From the NCBI GenBank assembly GCA_015680685.1, contig MNCI01000551.1, forward strand, positions 928,985-992,984: 64,000 bases of DNA. The letters are read 5' to 3'. Of the stretch, positions 52,801 through 63,499 are shown in pieces. The first letter of the stretch is position 1. Every line of letters starts with the position of its first letter. The stretch comes from Gnetum montanum (lineage: Eukaryota > Plantae > Gnetophyta). A program made the translations under genes and the position numbers. The notes beneath the pieces are model-generated. The model searched no databases. It saw nothing but the letters and a program-made list of their open reading frames with translations, and had not been told where the DNA came from.

Positions 52801-55800
52801 GTATTAACATCATCAACTTTGATGATAGCCTTCTTAGCACATCTGATAGGTTGTGATGGTTGTGACATGCGTGCAAAAACTGGAAGAGTGAAGCCACAGT
52901 TTTTTGAGACTAATTGTAAATAACATGCAGATATAATAAATTAAATTTAGTTAACAGGTATGATCGTTAGAGATATTTCTTATATCTTGAAACATAAGAT
53001 CCTTCCAGAGATTCTATTAACACTATTTTGTATAACTTCATGAAAAACGTGCAAATTGGATGCTTTTGCAGTGAATTCAAAAAGGTGGATAAAGGCGTGT
53101 TTGGTAATATGCCAAAAAAAATGAAATATATCAATAAGCATGACAATACATTTCAGATGTCCAGGTGAGGGATCAGACTAAACCTTTTACTCAAAACAGA
53201 TGTTTCATTATTGGGCCAGCAAAACATAATTCTATTTGTCCATGTAACATAAATGTTAGATACGATGACACACATCAAACACTTGTGCAAAATATGTCAT
53301 TTATTTGAAAAAGAAAACAGCAAAATAAATTATATCAAGTAAGCATTGCCAAGAGGAAACTAGCTATTAGAAGTAAAAATGAAACCATCTAAAATTCACT
53401 ACTCTGCTTTTTAAAAAAAAAAAAACTATTTCAAATAAATCGTTAGCTTCATTACATATAAATTATATCTAAAAATAATACATAAGATTGGCATAACTAT
53501 TGTCAGAAAATATGGTTTAATGTGAGACCTACAGCAATATATTTAAGTTTTATTATGTGTAAGATCTAAAGTTCAAGTCTTGGTAGTAGCTGGGTAGTAA
53601 TATACCAGTTCTATGCCTTTAAAAACACATTAATGGTTTTCTTCAAGAGTCGTTATCTCTTAAAAATGCAAAATCACTTGTAATGGGTTCTTGGGCCCAA
53701 CTATTATACTATTAAAGAAGGCTTCAACTTTTGAGTTAATGTGATGACTATTTGGATGTTCAACTAAGCAAGACCATGGCCTGCTGAAGGCTTGAGGATT
53801 TATCTTGCGTTCATGAATCATGAATGTATGCATGATGTTCTTGAAAACCTCAATTTAAAAAGATGAATTCCCAGAGTTTGCTGAATTGCGCCTGAAATTA
53901 AGCTTGAAATTTCCAAATTTCTCCCGTTACTATTTTTTGATTCTCTTCACCATTTTCTCTGAATAAGTATCTAAAAAATAAAAAGCTCACAGTGTATACT
54001 TTAATGTTATGGAGTTTGCATTTAAATTGGTGTTAGCATTTTAGAGAAACAAATCCCGTCATAGAGGCTGAAAATCATGGAATTGAGGACAGCTTGCAAG
54101 CAAATATTGGAAAACGCATCTCTCTTAAAGCATTTATCCATATGTAGCATATGAATATTCAATAGAAAGCTCTGGCTGCCTATTTTGCAATGCAAAAAAA
54201 AAAATCAGATCAATCACAGCAAGAGATTGACCTTGTGGTCCAAAAGACCATCCAAGATGTTTATAAGTGACAATCATCCAGTAAACCATAAGGATCCTCT
54301 CATGGAATTGTAGGGGACAAGGTATGCTTCAGTTGTTTAGGAATGGCAGCAATGGATTCTTGTTGGGGATTTCAATCAAAGGCTCTATCCATGGGAGAAG
54401 TTGGATGGTAGTTCTCAGGTGCCACCATGAGCAGAAGATTTCCTAACATTCCTGGAGGATCACAACCTAGTGAATATCAATATCCATGGTTGTCAATTCA
54501 CCTAGAGCAATTGGCCACAGAGACAGGAGAGGGTTATGACAAAGATTGATTAGGTGTGGGTCAGCTCGTAGATCCTTCTGACAAAGGAGGTTATGGCAAA
54601 AGGGCATGAACGACTGGCATCTGATCATTGCTCCATTCTCTGTTGTGTTGGTGAAACCACCCAAGGGGTGGTTCCTTTTCGTTTTGAGCATTACTGGATT
54701 CACAAGCCTTGGCTAAGGCCTTTGGTCAAGAATATTTGGGGGGCCTACACGAAGAATGTAGACCCTCAGGAGTTTTTGAAGCAAGGACTGTATCACCTCA
54801 AACAAGAGTTGAGGGCATAGATTGTGGCAGATAAATATTCATTTGTCAGGGCATAGATTGTGGCAGATAAATATTCATTTTGGACAATACGGGGCGAATT
54901 CCTGCACTATCCTTCAAAAATTCAAGCTCAGCAGGAGGCAGGAAAGGATTTGACCAAAATGGAAGGCGTTGTTTTGATACAGGAGTTAAATAAGGACACA
55001 GAGGCATATTGGAGGTAGCAGGGTGGACAAAGGTGGTTGAAGGATGGTGACAGGAATACACAGTTCTTCTTTGCAATGGCCAATTCTGCAAATCAGGCTA
55101 AGAAGATTCAGTCTTATTGTCCAAGGTCAAGAAGTTAATGATCAGCAAGGGGTGGCTAATGCTCTTCTTAAGTTTTGGTCAGGAATTTGGGGGGAAAAGG
55201 CTGTGCTTCCTCTTTCTATTCATGTTCAGCAGGTTCTGACCGAGGACGACAGTCAGAAGCTTTTAGTGCCTTTCTCACAACAGGAGTTCGAGGAGGCTCT
55301 GGATTCGATGAAGCCAGGCCGAGTGCTTGGGCTAGATGGCTGGCCTATGGAATTCTTTAAAGCGTTCACTAATATTCTAGGAGAGAACCTACTGAACACG
55401 TTTAACAAGATGCTAAGATGGAAACAGGTGCACAAGGAAATTAATTGTTCACAAATTATAATGATACCAAAGTCTAATTGCTCAATTGACCCATCACAGT
55501 TTAGACCGATTGGGGTTTGCAACTCCCTATTACACCTTTTTACGAAAATGTTGGTGGGGCAACTGCACCCTCTTATGCCGAGATTGGTGAGTTCTGACTA
55601 GGCAGGTTTCATTCGAGGTAGACGCATCCAAGATCAGATTCTGCTAATGCAAGAAGTAATGCACTCACTAAGACTTGTTAAATACCTAGGAATGTGCCTC
55701 AAGCTGGATATTTCGAAGGCCTATGATATTGTTGCTTGGGAGGCATTGCAAGAGATTATGCTGAGAAAAGGGTTCTGCCAAGCTCTGCATTAAGATTCAG

Positions 55801-58800
55801 GCTTCAGGGGCTTTCTCCCTTAATCTTGAAGGGAAATTATGGGGGTTTGCCTCCCTAGGAAGGGGGTTAAGGCAGGGAGATCCACTGTCCCCCTATTTGT
55901 TTATCCTGATCATGGACACCATGCAAACATATTGAGAAACCAAGGGGGTGAGGGGGTTGGAGATTGCAGGTACCTATGCTTGATGAGTTGTCATGGTGAG
56001 GTACCCAGCAAGTCCCACATATGGTCAAACACTATGCCGATGATACCATGCTATTCTCTTAGGTGGCTTTGCCGCAGTCTTTGGCAATTAATTGGGCACT
56101 GCAGCAAATGGGCGGGGGAGATTGGTCTGGAAGTTAATAGGGATAAGTCAACGATTCATATGCAACACATAGAAGCCCAAGTCAAGGGGTTGATTATCCA
56201 GCAATTAGGGATTCTACCAAGGGTACAGAGTGACTTGTACTTGGGTCTTCCTCTATACGATTGGCACTAGGAGAAGGTTTTGGAGGGACTTATACAACGG
56301 CTTCAAAAACATATTCATCATTGGACGCGCCATTTGCTCACCAAGGTGGGTAGGGCGTTACTTGCTACAATGGTGTTGTTGGCAATGGCTAGGTATGTGG
56401 TTGCAGTGGCCTCACCTCCAACTAGTTTCATTGAGCGCATTAACCAAATTGTTCAAAATTTTACATGGTCTGGAGGTAAGGGTGGGAAACGACTACACTT
56501 GGCTAAATGGGATGTGGTGGCCCGGCCAAGGGGTGTAGTCAGCCTGGGGGTTGCCATGTTTCAGGACCTTATCGATATGGGATACCATAAACTCGTGAAT
56601 CAAATTACAAGGCTGTGTCATCATCAAGCACAATGGGTTAGCATAATTGATGGAAAGTATCATAGATGGGAGGTGGGGGCTGAAGTTTCGCATATCTGGA
56701 AGAAAATTTGTGAGCATGCTTGAAAAATGATTTAGTGGGACTTGTTGGGTACCTCACCATGACAGTTCATCAAGCATAGGTACCCAAACGTGGGTGGTTG
56801 GAAGGCATTATAGAGAGGTAAGTTGTTGGAAAAGACAAAAATGTTCATTTGGCTGATAAAACATCTCACCTTACCAGTTTGAGCGGTGTTGCTGTGGTGG
56901 GGGGTTAATGTGTCCAACATGTGTCCCCTTTGCATGGCAACGAGGGAGATGATCGCCCACTTTATATCCAATTGTACTTTTACATGTTGAGTTTTTCAGT
57001 CTGCAAATTTCTGACCAAGTTTGAATCTAACGGGCGACAAGAAAGCGGTGGCAATTTTTTGCACACTATGGAAGGCACAAAATTGTCGAATTTCACAAGA
57101 TCTACCTTTGCCACCACCAGTGCACATTGCAATGCAAGGTAGCCGTTTGTAGGCCAAAGCACAAGTCACCATGGGGGTAAAGCCAACCTTTGAGCCAACA
57201 AGCAATGAGTACAAGGCTAATCCTATGCTATGCAGTCTTATTACCCAGGTTGGGTGGGCAAAGCTCCTTCCCCTATTGCAAGGGGAGCCGAACTTGGAAG
57301 ATGAATCATTTTTTATGAATTGGCTAGGGGAGCTCACCTTGTTCAAGGGGGGTGAGAATTCTACTGACAGAAGATAATATTGCACGGCTTTTAGGGGTGC
57401 TGGTGGATGGTGCGATGGTTCTTGTGTGGGGGCACGGGTTGCAAGATGCAACCACGTTTTTCCCAAGGCTAATGCCCAAACCGAGTGGGCAAGTTTTAAA
57501 GTCGATGTTGCTTGAGCTGTGGTAGGACATAGTGGAGGTGGTTGAGCAATTGTTTGTGCAATCCAACAATGTTTCAAAGTTGCAAGACTTGCACTTCTCA
57601 TTTCTACAGTGCATGTAGACAAGTGCTCAAGTTAATCTACCAAAATATTTTTTGGATGTGCTCAAGAGGCAACACCGGGGATGTCACTCGGGCCTAATTT
57701 TGGCCTTGTGGCATGCTTCAGGGACGAGGGTTACGTAGCCTGATGCAAGCCCGACTATTCAAAGGGTTTATGAGCACCAGCGCTCATGGTGTGAGGTGCC
57801 ACTCGTGGTTGATCTATCAAGTGATTCAAAGGATGGGGCCTCTAGGGCCTGCTTGGAGGAGATGGCCTTGGATATGTTAGGGGGCGTTGCTAGTCCAAGT
57901 CATAAGAGTCCATCCCCAATGCAGAGGGAGGGGGAGGAGGAGGAAGAAGAGCTTGCAAGGGATGGTGGGCTAAGGATTGAGCTGGAGAATGCTGCGCTGA
58001 CCAAGCCTCAGGAGGCTTAGTCAACGGGAGCTCACGAGGGAGGGGGGAAGGTTTCTCATTCTACAAGGGTGGAGACTCTTCTTGTTCAAGTGGCAGTGGA
58101 GGCACAAGAAGTGGAAAGGGCTATCTGGCTGCGTCGCTAGGGTGAACGGAAGATAGATTTTAGGAGGCAACTAGAGGAGGTGATTTGGGAAGAACAACGA
58201 CGACATGCTCTAGCTAAAGCCATGGCTAGAGATGTGCTAGAGGTCAAGCTACGGGAGACTATGAGGAATCAGCTCCAACAAGAGGCATGGCTTCGTGAAT
58301 TGCATGGGAAGGAGAAATAGGAGAAACACGCCAAGGAAGAAGAGGAGGCTACATAGATTCAACGTCAACTGGATTGTGCCCATGAGCAAGGTGTGCATAT
58401 GTGGTTAAGGCAGGGACACTACCCTTACATGGTGCTAGACATTGGGCGCAATACTATGTGGCATGCACTCAAAAGACATATCAAACTTAAAGGGTTTGAT
58501 CTCCACCCAAATGGAAAAGGGACAGTTAAGGAACGTGCCAAAAAGGTGGAGGCGTTCAAGTCATTCCAAAAGGCTACTACATTTGTAGATTTGGAAAAAC
58601 ATAGGGATGTGCTAGATCTCATACATGCCCAAGAGGGGGCTTTTTGCACCTACACTCAACTACCCAATCGATTATAGGTGGTGTTGGGGTTGCGGGGAGG
58701 TGATGGAGGTGGTTCTTTTGATTTTTGTTTGTTTGATGTTCTAACGTCCACCCCTGTGGGGACGAAGTCTTTTTGGTTTTGTTGTTGTTGGTTTCTAGTG

Positions 58801-61800
58801 GCTAATTCTATTGCAAAGGGTTTATGAGGGCACATGAGTTGCTCTTTCTTGTGGGTGTTGTTGGGAGGTCTGGGGACTTGGTGGGTCAGCTCTTTTCCTC
58901 TAGCCCTTGTTTTGAGTGGTTCTGAGGCGAGTTGGGGGGTGTGGGTCAAATTCTCTGGCTCCAAGTTTAACTTGTGGATGTGATGTACATAATTTTACTA
59001 TTTTCTAATATAATCCCAAATTTTTTCGAAAAAAAATTGAGATATTAATAATGCAATTAGGGGTGTCCAAAACAGCTAAAACTAAAATTGGAGTTTCTAC
59101 AATAACTTTTCTATCCAAGATCTCCCATGTACCATGTCCATTTTTCATGTGCAAGTAATCATTAGAAGGTCCTTCCTATATCAACTCTTCAACCTTTATT
59201 CTCAAACAAAAGGCCTCAAAATCTTGACACCGTCTTTACCATAATAGCACATTCCTAACCTCAATTTATAGCTTTTAATCCTACTATTTTTCAGTTTTCT
59301 CTGCCAGCCAACATACTCTTTCTAGTTTGTTTTTAGTTCATTCAAATATTCAAAATTTCTGTCCGTCCAAATTTAAAAGGTCACATGATCTAGCACTGTG
59401 CTCCAATTTTTATTAGTACATCATTTCTACCAATCCTTATGCAAATTACTACCAAAATCTTTCTATAATGTTGGTTTGTCTTTACCCAAACTTTATGCCA
59501 GATTTGACCAATTGTAGGGAATTCATTTCATTTTTATTTCTTTTAAAATATCATCTTTCCTTCACCTTTGGTAATCACCTTTTACTTGGATGTATTTCAT
59601 CCAAACAGACATGATCAATTTCTTGGGAGCCTTAGGTTTTACGTATCCGACCATGCATGATGGTATTTTATCACCTTTAATACTTCTTCTGTAGCAATAT
59701 TGCAACTACATGATCTTCAAATATGCTCACATCTTGTTCTTTTTTGGGGAATTGGCACAGGATTCTAAGACACCGTAGGTTCTTCTGTAATTATATGTAG
59801 GTTTTTCAATACCATCAAACTGAGAAGGATTCCTGAAAATTTGCATTTCATGGTCTCTTAAGGAGAAAGACATTTTGTTTTGCCAATCACTACTGAAGTG
59901 CAGTGAATTTTTAGTTCATCGTATTAGCAATCCTGTAAGCCAAAATCTTTGAAAAGCAAAGAAAAATATATTATTTTTTAAAAAATCAAAGTATATTAAT
60001 TAAAATAGGAACCACAAGCACCTTGATTGGATCATCCAGATAAGTCAGGACAAGCCATCTAGTTTTCAAGGACTCGGTCATTTCTTTTAAAGTTAATTCC
60101 AACGTACACTGAAGCCTTACCATCTTGGTATGTCTATCTACACAATATCATATATCTAAATAGTCAATGCAGATTAGAATAATTAAAAATTAACAGTAAG
60201 TTAAATTTATACCTATGCCTCACTCCTCTATCACGCAAAATACTATGGTATACTTAGCACTGTTTATCCTACAACATATGTAATTGCCCATAGAAGAAAA
60301 CCTGTGGGATGGACAGCATTGATTATAAAGGATATAACCTTGTAAAAAGAATATGAAATGAAATGAAACCTTATTATATCCAAAGACCCATAGGATCTAT
60401 TGGATAGATATTACATTTTCATGAAAAATAGAAATAGACTCTACAAATTGACCAAACACCAATGAGGCATCAAAAACAAATCATATAGGTTTTTTGTTGT
60501 AACATTTTAACTCTATCTCAAATGGGTAGTATACCACAAGAAAGAAATACATGTGACTCATCTTCAAGGGCTCCTGATTTGCGCAACCTACAAATGTGCT
60601 CTTCTCGGGGGAGTTGAATCCATCTTCCACTTCCAATTCTAAGATGATGAGAACTTAAGCAAAGCTTGCTGATAACATTCTGATAATTGATGGCAATGGC
60701 AGCTGAGAGATAGTGAGCTTCTACATCTAGTTTATTAGATCCAATGTGAAGTAAATAAAATTGTCTCTTGCCTTCCACATTAGTCCACATCCATGTTAAA
60801 ACCTTTTGTTTAACTAGTTGGTGAATATGCTTAGGATTTTGTTGTATGTCCTCCCACGAGATATTCCATTTTCTCAACCATTGCATCCCCTAAAAATACC
60901 AAGCATGGTCTCATGAATCCTTCAAAATTACTTTAGAGAATTTGTCCTACCTTGAGATATGCAAGCTATGAGTGTATGTAATAAATTGACACAAGGCTTC
61001 TACTTCTAAAGGTAATAAATTATATTCACATAATAACATTGAGTAAGGTGTGGTTATTACCAAAGGCAAAGGTGAGTGGTCTGGCTGCCACCTTGCCAAC
61101 CCAAGGGCTTTCAAAGCACATGCAAACCCCATGCCAAAAACTTGCATGTGGTTCTTACTAGGGTGTATGCTGCAATTTCAGTGAGATTGTCATGAGCAAG
61201 AGCAGATTTTGTTTTGATTTAGTTATTTTCCTTTTCTATACAGTTGTCACTTGCCCAAGTGCCACACATGTCACCAAAGCAATTATTATAAAAAGATCAA
61301 AATCTGTGGTCACCCATCTGTTGCAAAAGAAAATTTTTAGTAATTTAATGATTATAGTGGTAAAATTATTTATATCCACACTCCCCTTCCATTTCAACCC
61401 TGGTTAAAAATATTGCAGGTTAAAAGTTGCAAATTTTTAAATTATTATTTTCTTTAATGAAGGAAAAGACATGCTAATAAAGCTCATACTCAAATCATTG
61501 TTTTTGGTTCCTGAACTTGGAATTTGTATAATACAAAAAATATGTCCAATATGCATGTCAATTAAATAAACATATTCAGAAACCAACCACATTCCTCGAT
61601 ATAGAATAGAAACCAATGCAGGAGGAATTTGTAAAATCCATATGTTTGTTCCAAAACGGGTTCATGAATAGAAATAATATTTTCTTAGCTCACCAGCTCC
61701 ACTTAGAAACACAAAGAGAAACTGTGCCAAGAGTGTATTTAAATTTGCCACAAGGAGGCAATATGGTGAGACAGCAACGACTGGAGATCCACCAAAAGTT

Positions 61801-61815
61801 GTAGAAAGAGACAAC
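19712..61815 (-). CDS. Inward-rectifier (Kir/KirBac-like, IRK family) channel gene, partial; 5 exons in window, N-terminus not found here
   Basis: Spliced product xLSLSTTFGGSPVVAVSPYCLLVANLNTLLAQFLFVFLSGAVFARMSQPSQPIRCAKKAII...VLAIRL...QDLELVRSEVSYLRYGLMVRHIIDKKSPLYG...GLERSSMQSIFHLEDY...VVWDGDYADFI...LDHSKIDLLKP. All introns are GT-AG and phase-compatible, and there are no stops in 222 codons. Confidence 0.9.
20674..20835 (-). CDS. Kir exon d (VSYLRYGLMVRHIIDKKSPLYG...IFHLE)
   Basis: ttccag|GTG and GAG|gtatgt, 162 nt, phase 0/0. Contains the Kir hallmark H.ID..SPL.G and the G-loop region. Confidence 0.92.
21440..21795 (+). mobile_element. RTE-clade LINE 3' fragment
   Basis: IGKIKESSFKWFGHVQRRP motif followed by a GATGATGA-type tail. 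Confidence 0.7.
25472..27657 (-). repeat. 3' LTR (2186 bp)
   Basis: Direct repeat of 42337-44552. Minus-strand termini are TG...TA. Confidence 0.93.
27658..27673 (-). promoter_or_regulatory. Polypurine tract
   Basis: Minus strand CAAAGAGGGGCCAT immediately precedes the 3' LTR. Confidence 0.75.
29110..29352. repeat. Tandem array of ~30-bp TAGTTTAAGGTC-type units downstream of integrase
   Basis: About 8 degenerate units. The same core occurs at 32327-32470 and 37646-37920. Confidence 0.8.
29396..32322 (-). pseudogene. pol: N-truncated RT, RNase H, additional (archaeal-type) RNase H, integrase
   Basis: ICIDFQDLNKA..KDDFPLP, SFMDGFLGYNQI, MPFGLKN, *VDDI, YLATSD, HFDGAS..TNNVAEYE..QGDAQLV, VTDNGPQF, YYPQANGQVE and WEGPF, with stops and frameshifts. 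Confidence 0.93.
32327..32470. repeat. TAGTTTAAGGTC tandem array at the RT truncation point
   Basis: Three to four ~41-bp units abut the truncated RT N-terminus. Confidence 0.75.
32625..32632 (+). promoter_or_regulatory. TATA box of the antisense gene
   Basis: GGCTATAAATAGGGG lies ~130 bp upstream of the ATG at 32764. Confidence 0.65.
32764..37468 (+). pseudogene. Antisense, multi-exon (~8) retrotransposon cargo gene: NIF/FCP1-like HAD domain, plant-transposon-protein-like domain, acidic and coiled-coil regions
   Basis: Donors at 32884 (gtaagt), 34308 (gtgagt), 34655 (gtatgt), 35792 (gtaagt), ~36113 (gtgagt) and ~36409 (gtacgt), mostly with matching pyrimidine-AG acceptors (two appear mutated). 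Exon 33855-34307 reads PVLIVLEVVGVLC...GARDFLEFLLRHFSVIVWS...NTLYIARH...FQNPPGT. Stops are mostly single transitions. Confidence 0.75.
37646..37920. repeat. TAGTTTAAGGCCATTTCGGGCC tandem array (26-29 bp units)
   Basis: About 8 units between the antisense gene's 3' end and the gag-PR stop. Confidence 0.85.
38190..41651 (-). pseudogene. gag-protease of the Tat element
   Basis: LPQFTKYNGEGDPNAHL...FAMSLTGKALDWY (retrotransposon gag), FCVYHQLCGHNTDYCLALK, and VHVDDGAATNVI...FNLILGR (protease). Confidence 0.9.
42316..42332 (-). promoter_or_regulatory. PBS-like sequence
   Basis: Minus strand (GTTTT)TGGCACTAGGAGGGCC directly follows the 5' LTR and resembles Tat-lineage PBSs. Confidence 0.6.
42337..44552 (-). 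repeat. 5' LTR (2216 bp)
   Basis: Direct repeat of 25472-27657, with an expanded (GCGTAGCACG)n array at ~43981-44030. Confidence 0.93.
48250..48920 (-). mobile_element. L1 LINE 3' fragment (zf-RVT)
   Basis: WLCKVVVPKHRTF...CGQCHQEKEAIHHALFTC...FW. Confidence 0.75.
52244..52391 (-). CDS. Kir exon c (VLAIRLVLGG...QDLELVRSE)
   Basis: cttgtag|G GTG and GAA|gtaagt, 148 nt, phase 2/0. DLELVRSE corresponds to KirBac DLKLVRNE. Confidence 0.9.
52768..52879 (-). CDS. Kir exon b (FARMSQPSQPIRCAKKAIIK...EKL)
   Basis: cttccag|TT and AG|gtaatt, 112 nt, phase 1/2. FARxxxP is the post-TM2 C-linker of Kir channels. Confidence 0.9.
54200..59036 (+). mobile_element. L1-type LINE related to the 23875-47459 copy, with an internal EN deletion and a long 3' extension
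   Basis: RILSWNCRGQG at ~54290, then ASDHC, PFRFEHYW, GLDGWPMEFFK, KLDISKAYD, LRQGDPLSP, YADD, WSGGKGGKRLHL and zf-RVT. A-tail at ~59029-59036. Confidence 0.88.
60430..61150 (-). mobile_element. Non-LTR retrotransposon C-terminal fragment (RTEX/L2-like)
   Basis: KLCLSSHHLRIGSGRW..LPREEHIC...EDESHVFLSC motif. Confidence 0.7.
61694..61815 (-). CDS. Kir exon a: pore helix end, filter (TTFGGS) and TM2
   Basis: ctagcag|G TTG and GCTG|gtgagc, 122 nt, phase 2/1. The hydrophobic helix ends SGA and joins V-FARM in exon b. Confidence 0.88.
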
Positions 61816-62235
61816 CTGCTAGGACAATTCAATACATAAAAATTTAACATGATATATAAGATCATTTCAGATGCGCAAATAGCAAGTTACAAAAGCAATA
61901 ATGAAGAAATGAAATCATGAATAAGATCCAATCATGACTTAAGATGCTTTGAAAAGTTTAATAGACTTGTTTTTTGGATTCACAAAATTTGGCAAGTTGT
62001 TCAATTCAAAACTGTTTTTTTTTTTCAGGTCTTATACAAACAACTAATATTCAGGCTTATCATGCTTCTCACAATTTTTTTGAAAAATTATTCAAGAACA
62101 ATTAAAAAATAAAAAAAAAATCCTAACTCTTTAGGACATGAATGAGTACAAATCTACCAAATGTCAATGATAAAAATAAAACAGTCCAAAGCGTGTAGGG
62201 CTATACAGACTTGAACCTTGGTAAAACAGAATAAT

Positions 62236-62920
62236 CCTCCTCCTCCTCCTAGCCTTATCCCAATTACATGCATCAGCAATATTTCAACCATTCACTTCTA
62301 TCAAGAGTCAAATAAGCATTAATGCACAAATCTTAGATATCTTTTGTTAAGCTTGCAAGCATAGAGGTGAATGGCAAAAAAAGAGCTCATGTAGCCAACC
62401 TCATTCTGTTGGAACAAGGTCAGGATGATGATGCTGCTACTTGCAAACCAAGCATATTTACGTCTACCTCTTTATTGTTTCCCCTCAACTTTAATAAAAA
62501 AACATCTTCGAACAAGTATATTATCTAGTCTTCTTAGCACAACCAAACTATCTCAGACAACTTTTCTTAATATTCTTCTCATCTATGGGCGCTACCCCCA
62601 AACTTCACCTAATAAGAGAGGAGTTAGAATCAATCTTTCCTGCTGACACCCAACACTCACCTTAACATTTACACTGCTGCCACATGCACACATTGAATCT
62701 AATGCTTTTTGATAGGTCAACATTCTACACCATAAAGAATCACATGTCTAATAGCAATTTTGTAAAACTCTCCCTTCAACCTAGCAAGGAGTCTTCTATC
62801 ACACAGCACACCACTAGCTTCCCACCATTTCATTTATTCTGATTCAATTACTTTTTTATCAATTATTTTTAATCTAACCATCCATTTGAACAAGTGACCC
62901 CAAGTATTTGAATTCCTTAA
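62236..62920 (-). mobile_element. Decayed RTE-clade LINE 3' fragment containing a short opposite-strand RTE-type tail (~62340-62440)
   Basis: Minus-strand FKYLGS- and WFG-like remnants with a (GGA)n tail. The short plus-strand piece ends GATGATGATG. Confidence 0.5.
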
Positions 62921-63499
62921 TCGAAGTGTTTTTACTTAATGACTTGAGCTTTTTTAAGAACCTAATATGCACTTATTTCATTGATATTCCATGATTAAGG
63001 ATCTTTACTTTAAGAAATACTCATATGGCTTTACAGTAAATTTGATCACTCATCAAATTCAATATTCAGTCTTGGAAACTGAGAGAGCTCAAGGAGTGGT
63101 ATGGGAGAATCTTCTGAAGGTCTGCACACTTCGGGCCCATTGAGTGACCTATTCAATCCTGAAACTCCAGGTTTTAGTGCTTTGAGAGGCATCCCTAGGC
63201 ATGAAGAGAAACAGAACAAACATTTTGTTGCAAGATGAAACCATGTAGACACAGCAAAGGCTTGGTCATGGTTCCTCTAAACCTTGATTAGGGAAAAAAG
63301 GAATCACAGAGGAAGGACAAAAATCCTAACCCTACAACCTCAAACAATGGATTCAAGATGGGTGGATCATGGATTGCCAACACACTGCAGTGGTATCCAG
63401 ATTTTCAGGCACTACACACACACTAGCAAGCATTCTGGCAGAGAATGAGGTGGTCCAACAGGTTGGAAAAGACTTTCAAACCACCAAATCAAAGGAAGT

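Noticed and set aside
54813-54881. ~35-bp direct duplication inside the plus-strand LINE
   Set aside because: Local slippage in a dead element, with no functional implication.
63046-63252. Minus ORF as candidate upstream Kir exon (TM1)
   Set aside because: No hydrophobic helix or Kir motif and no good donor, so TM1 probably lies beyond the window.
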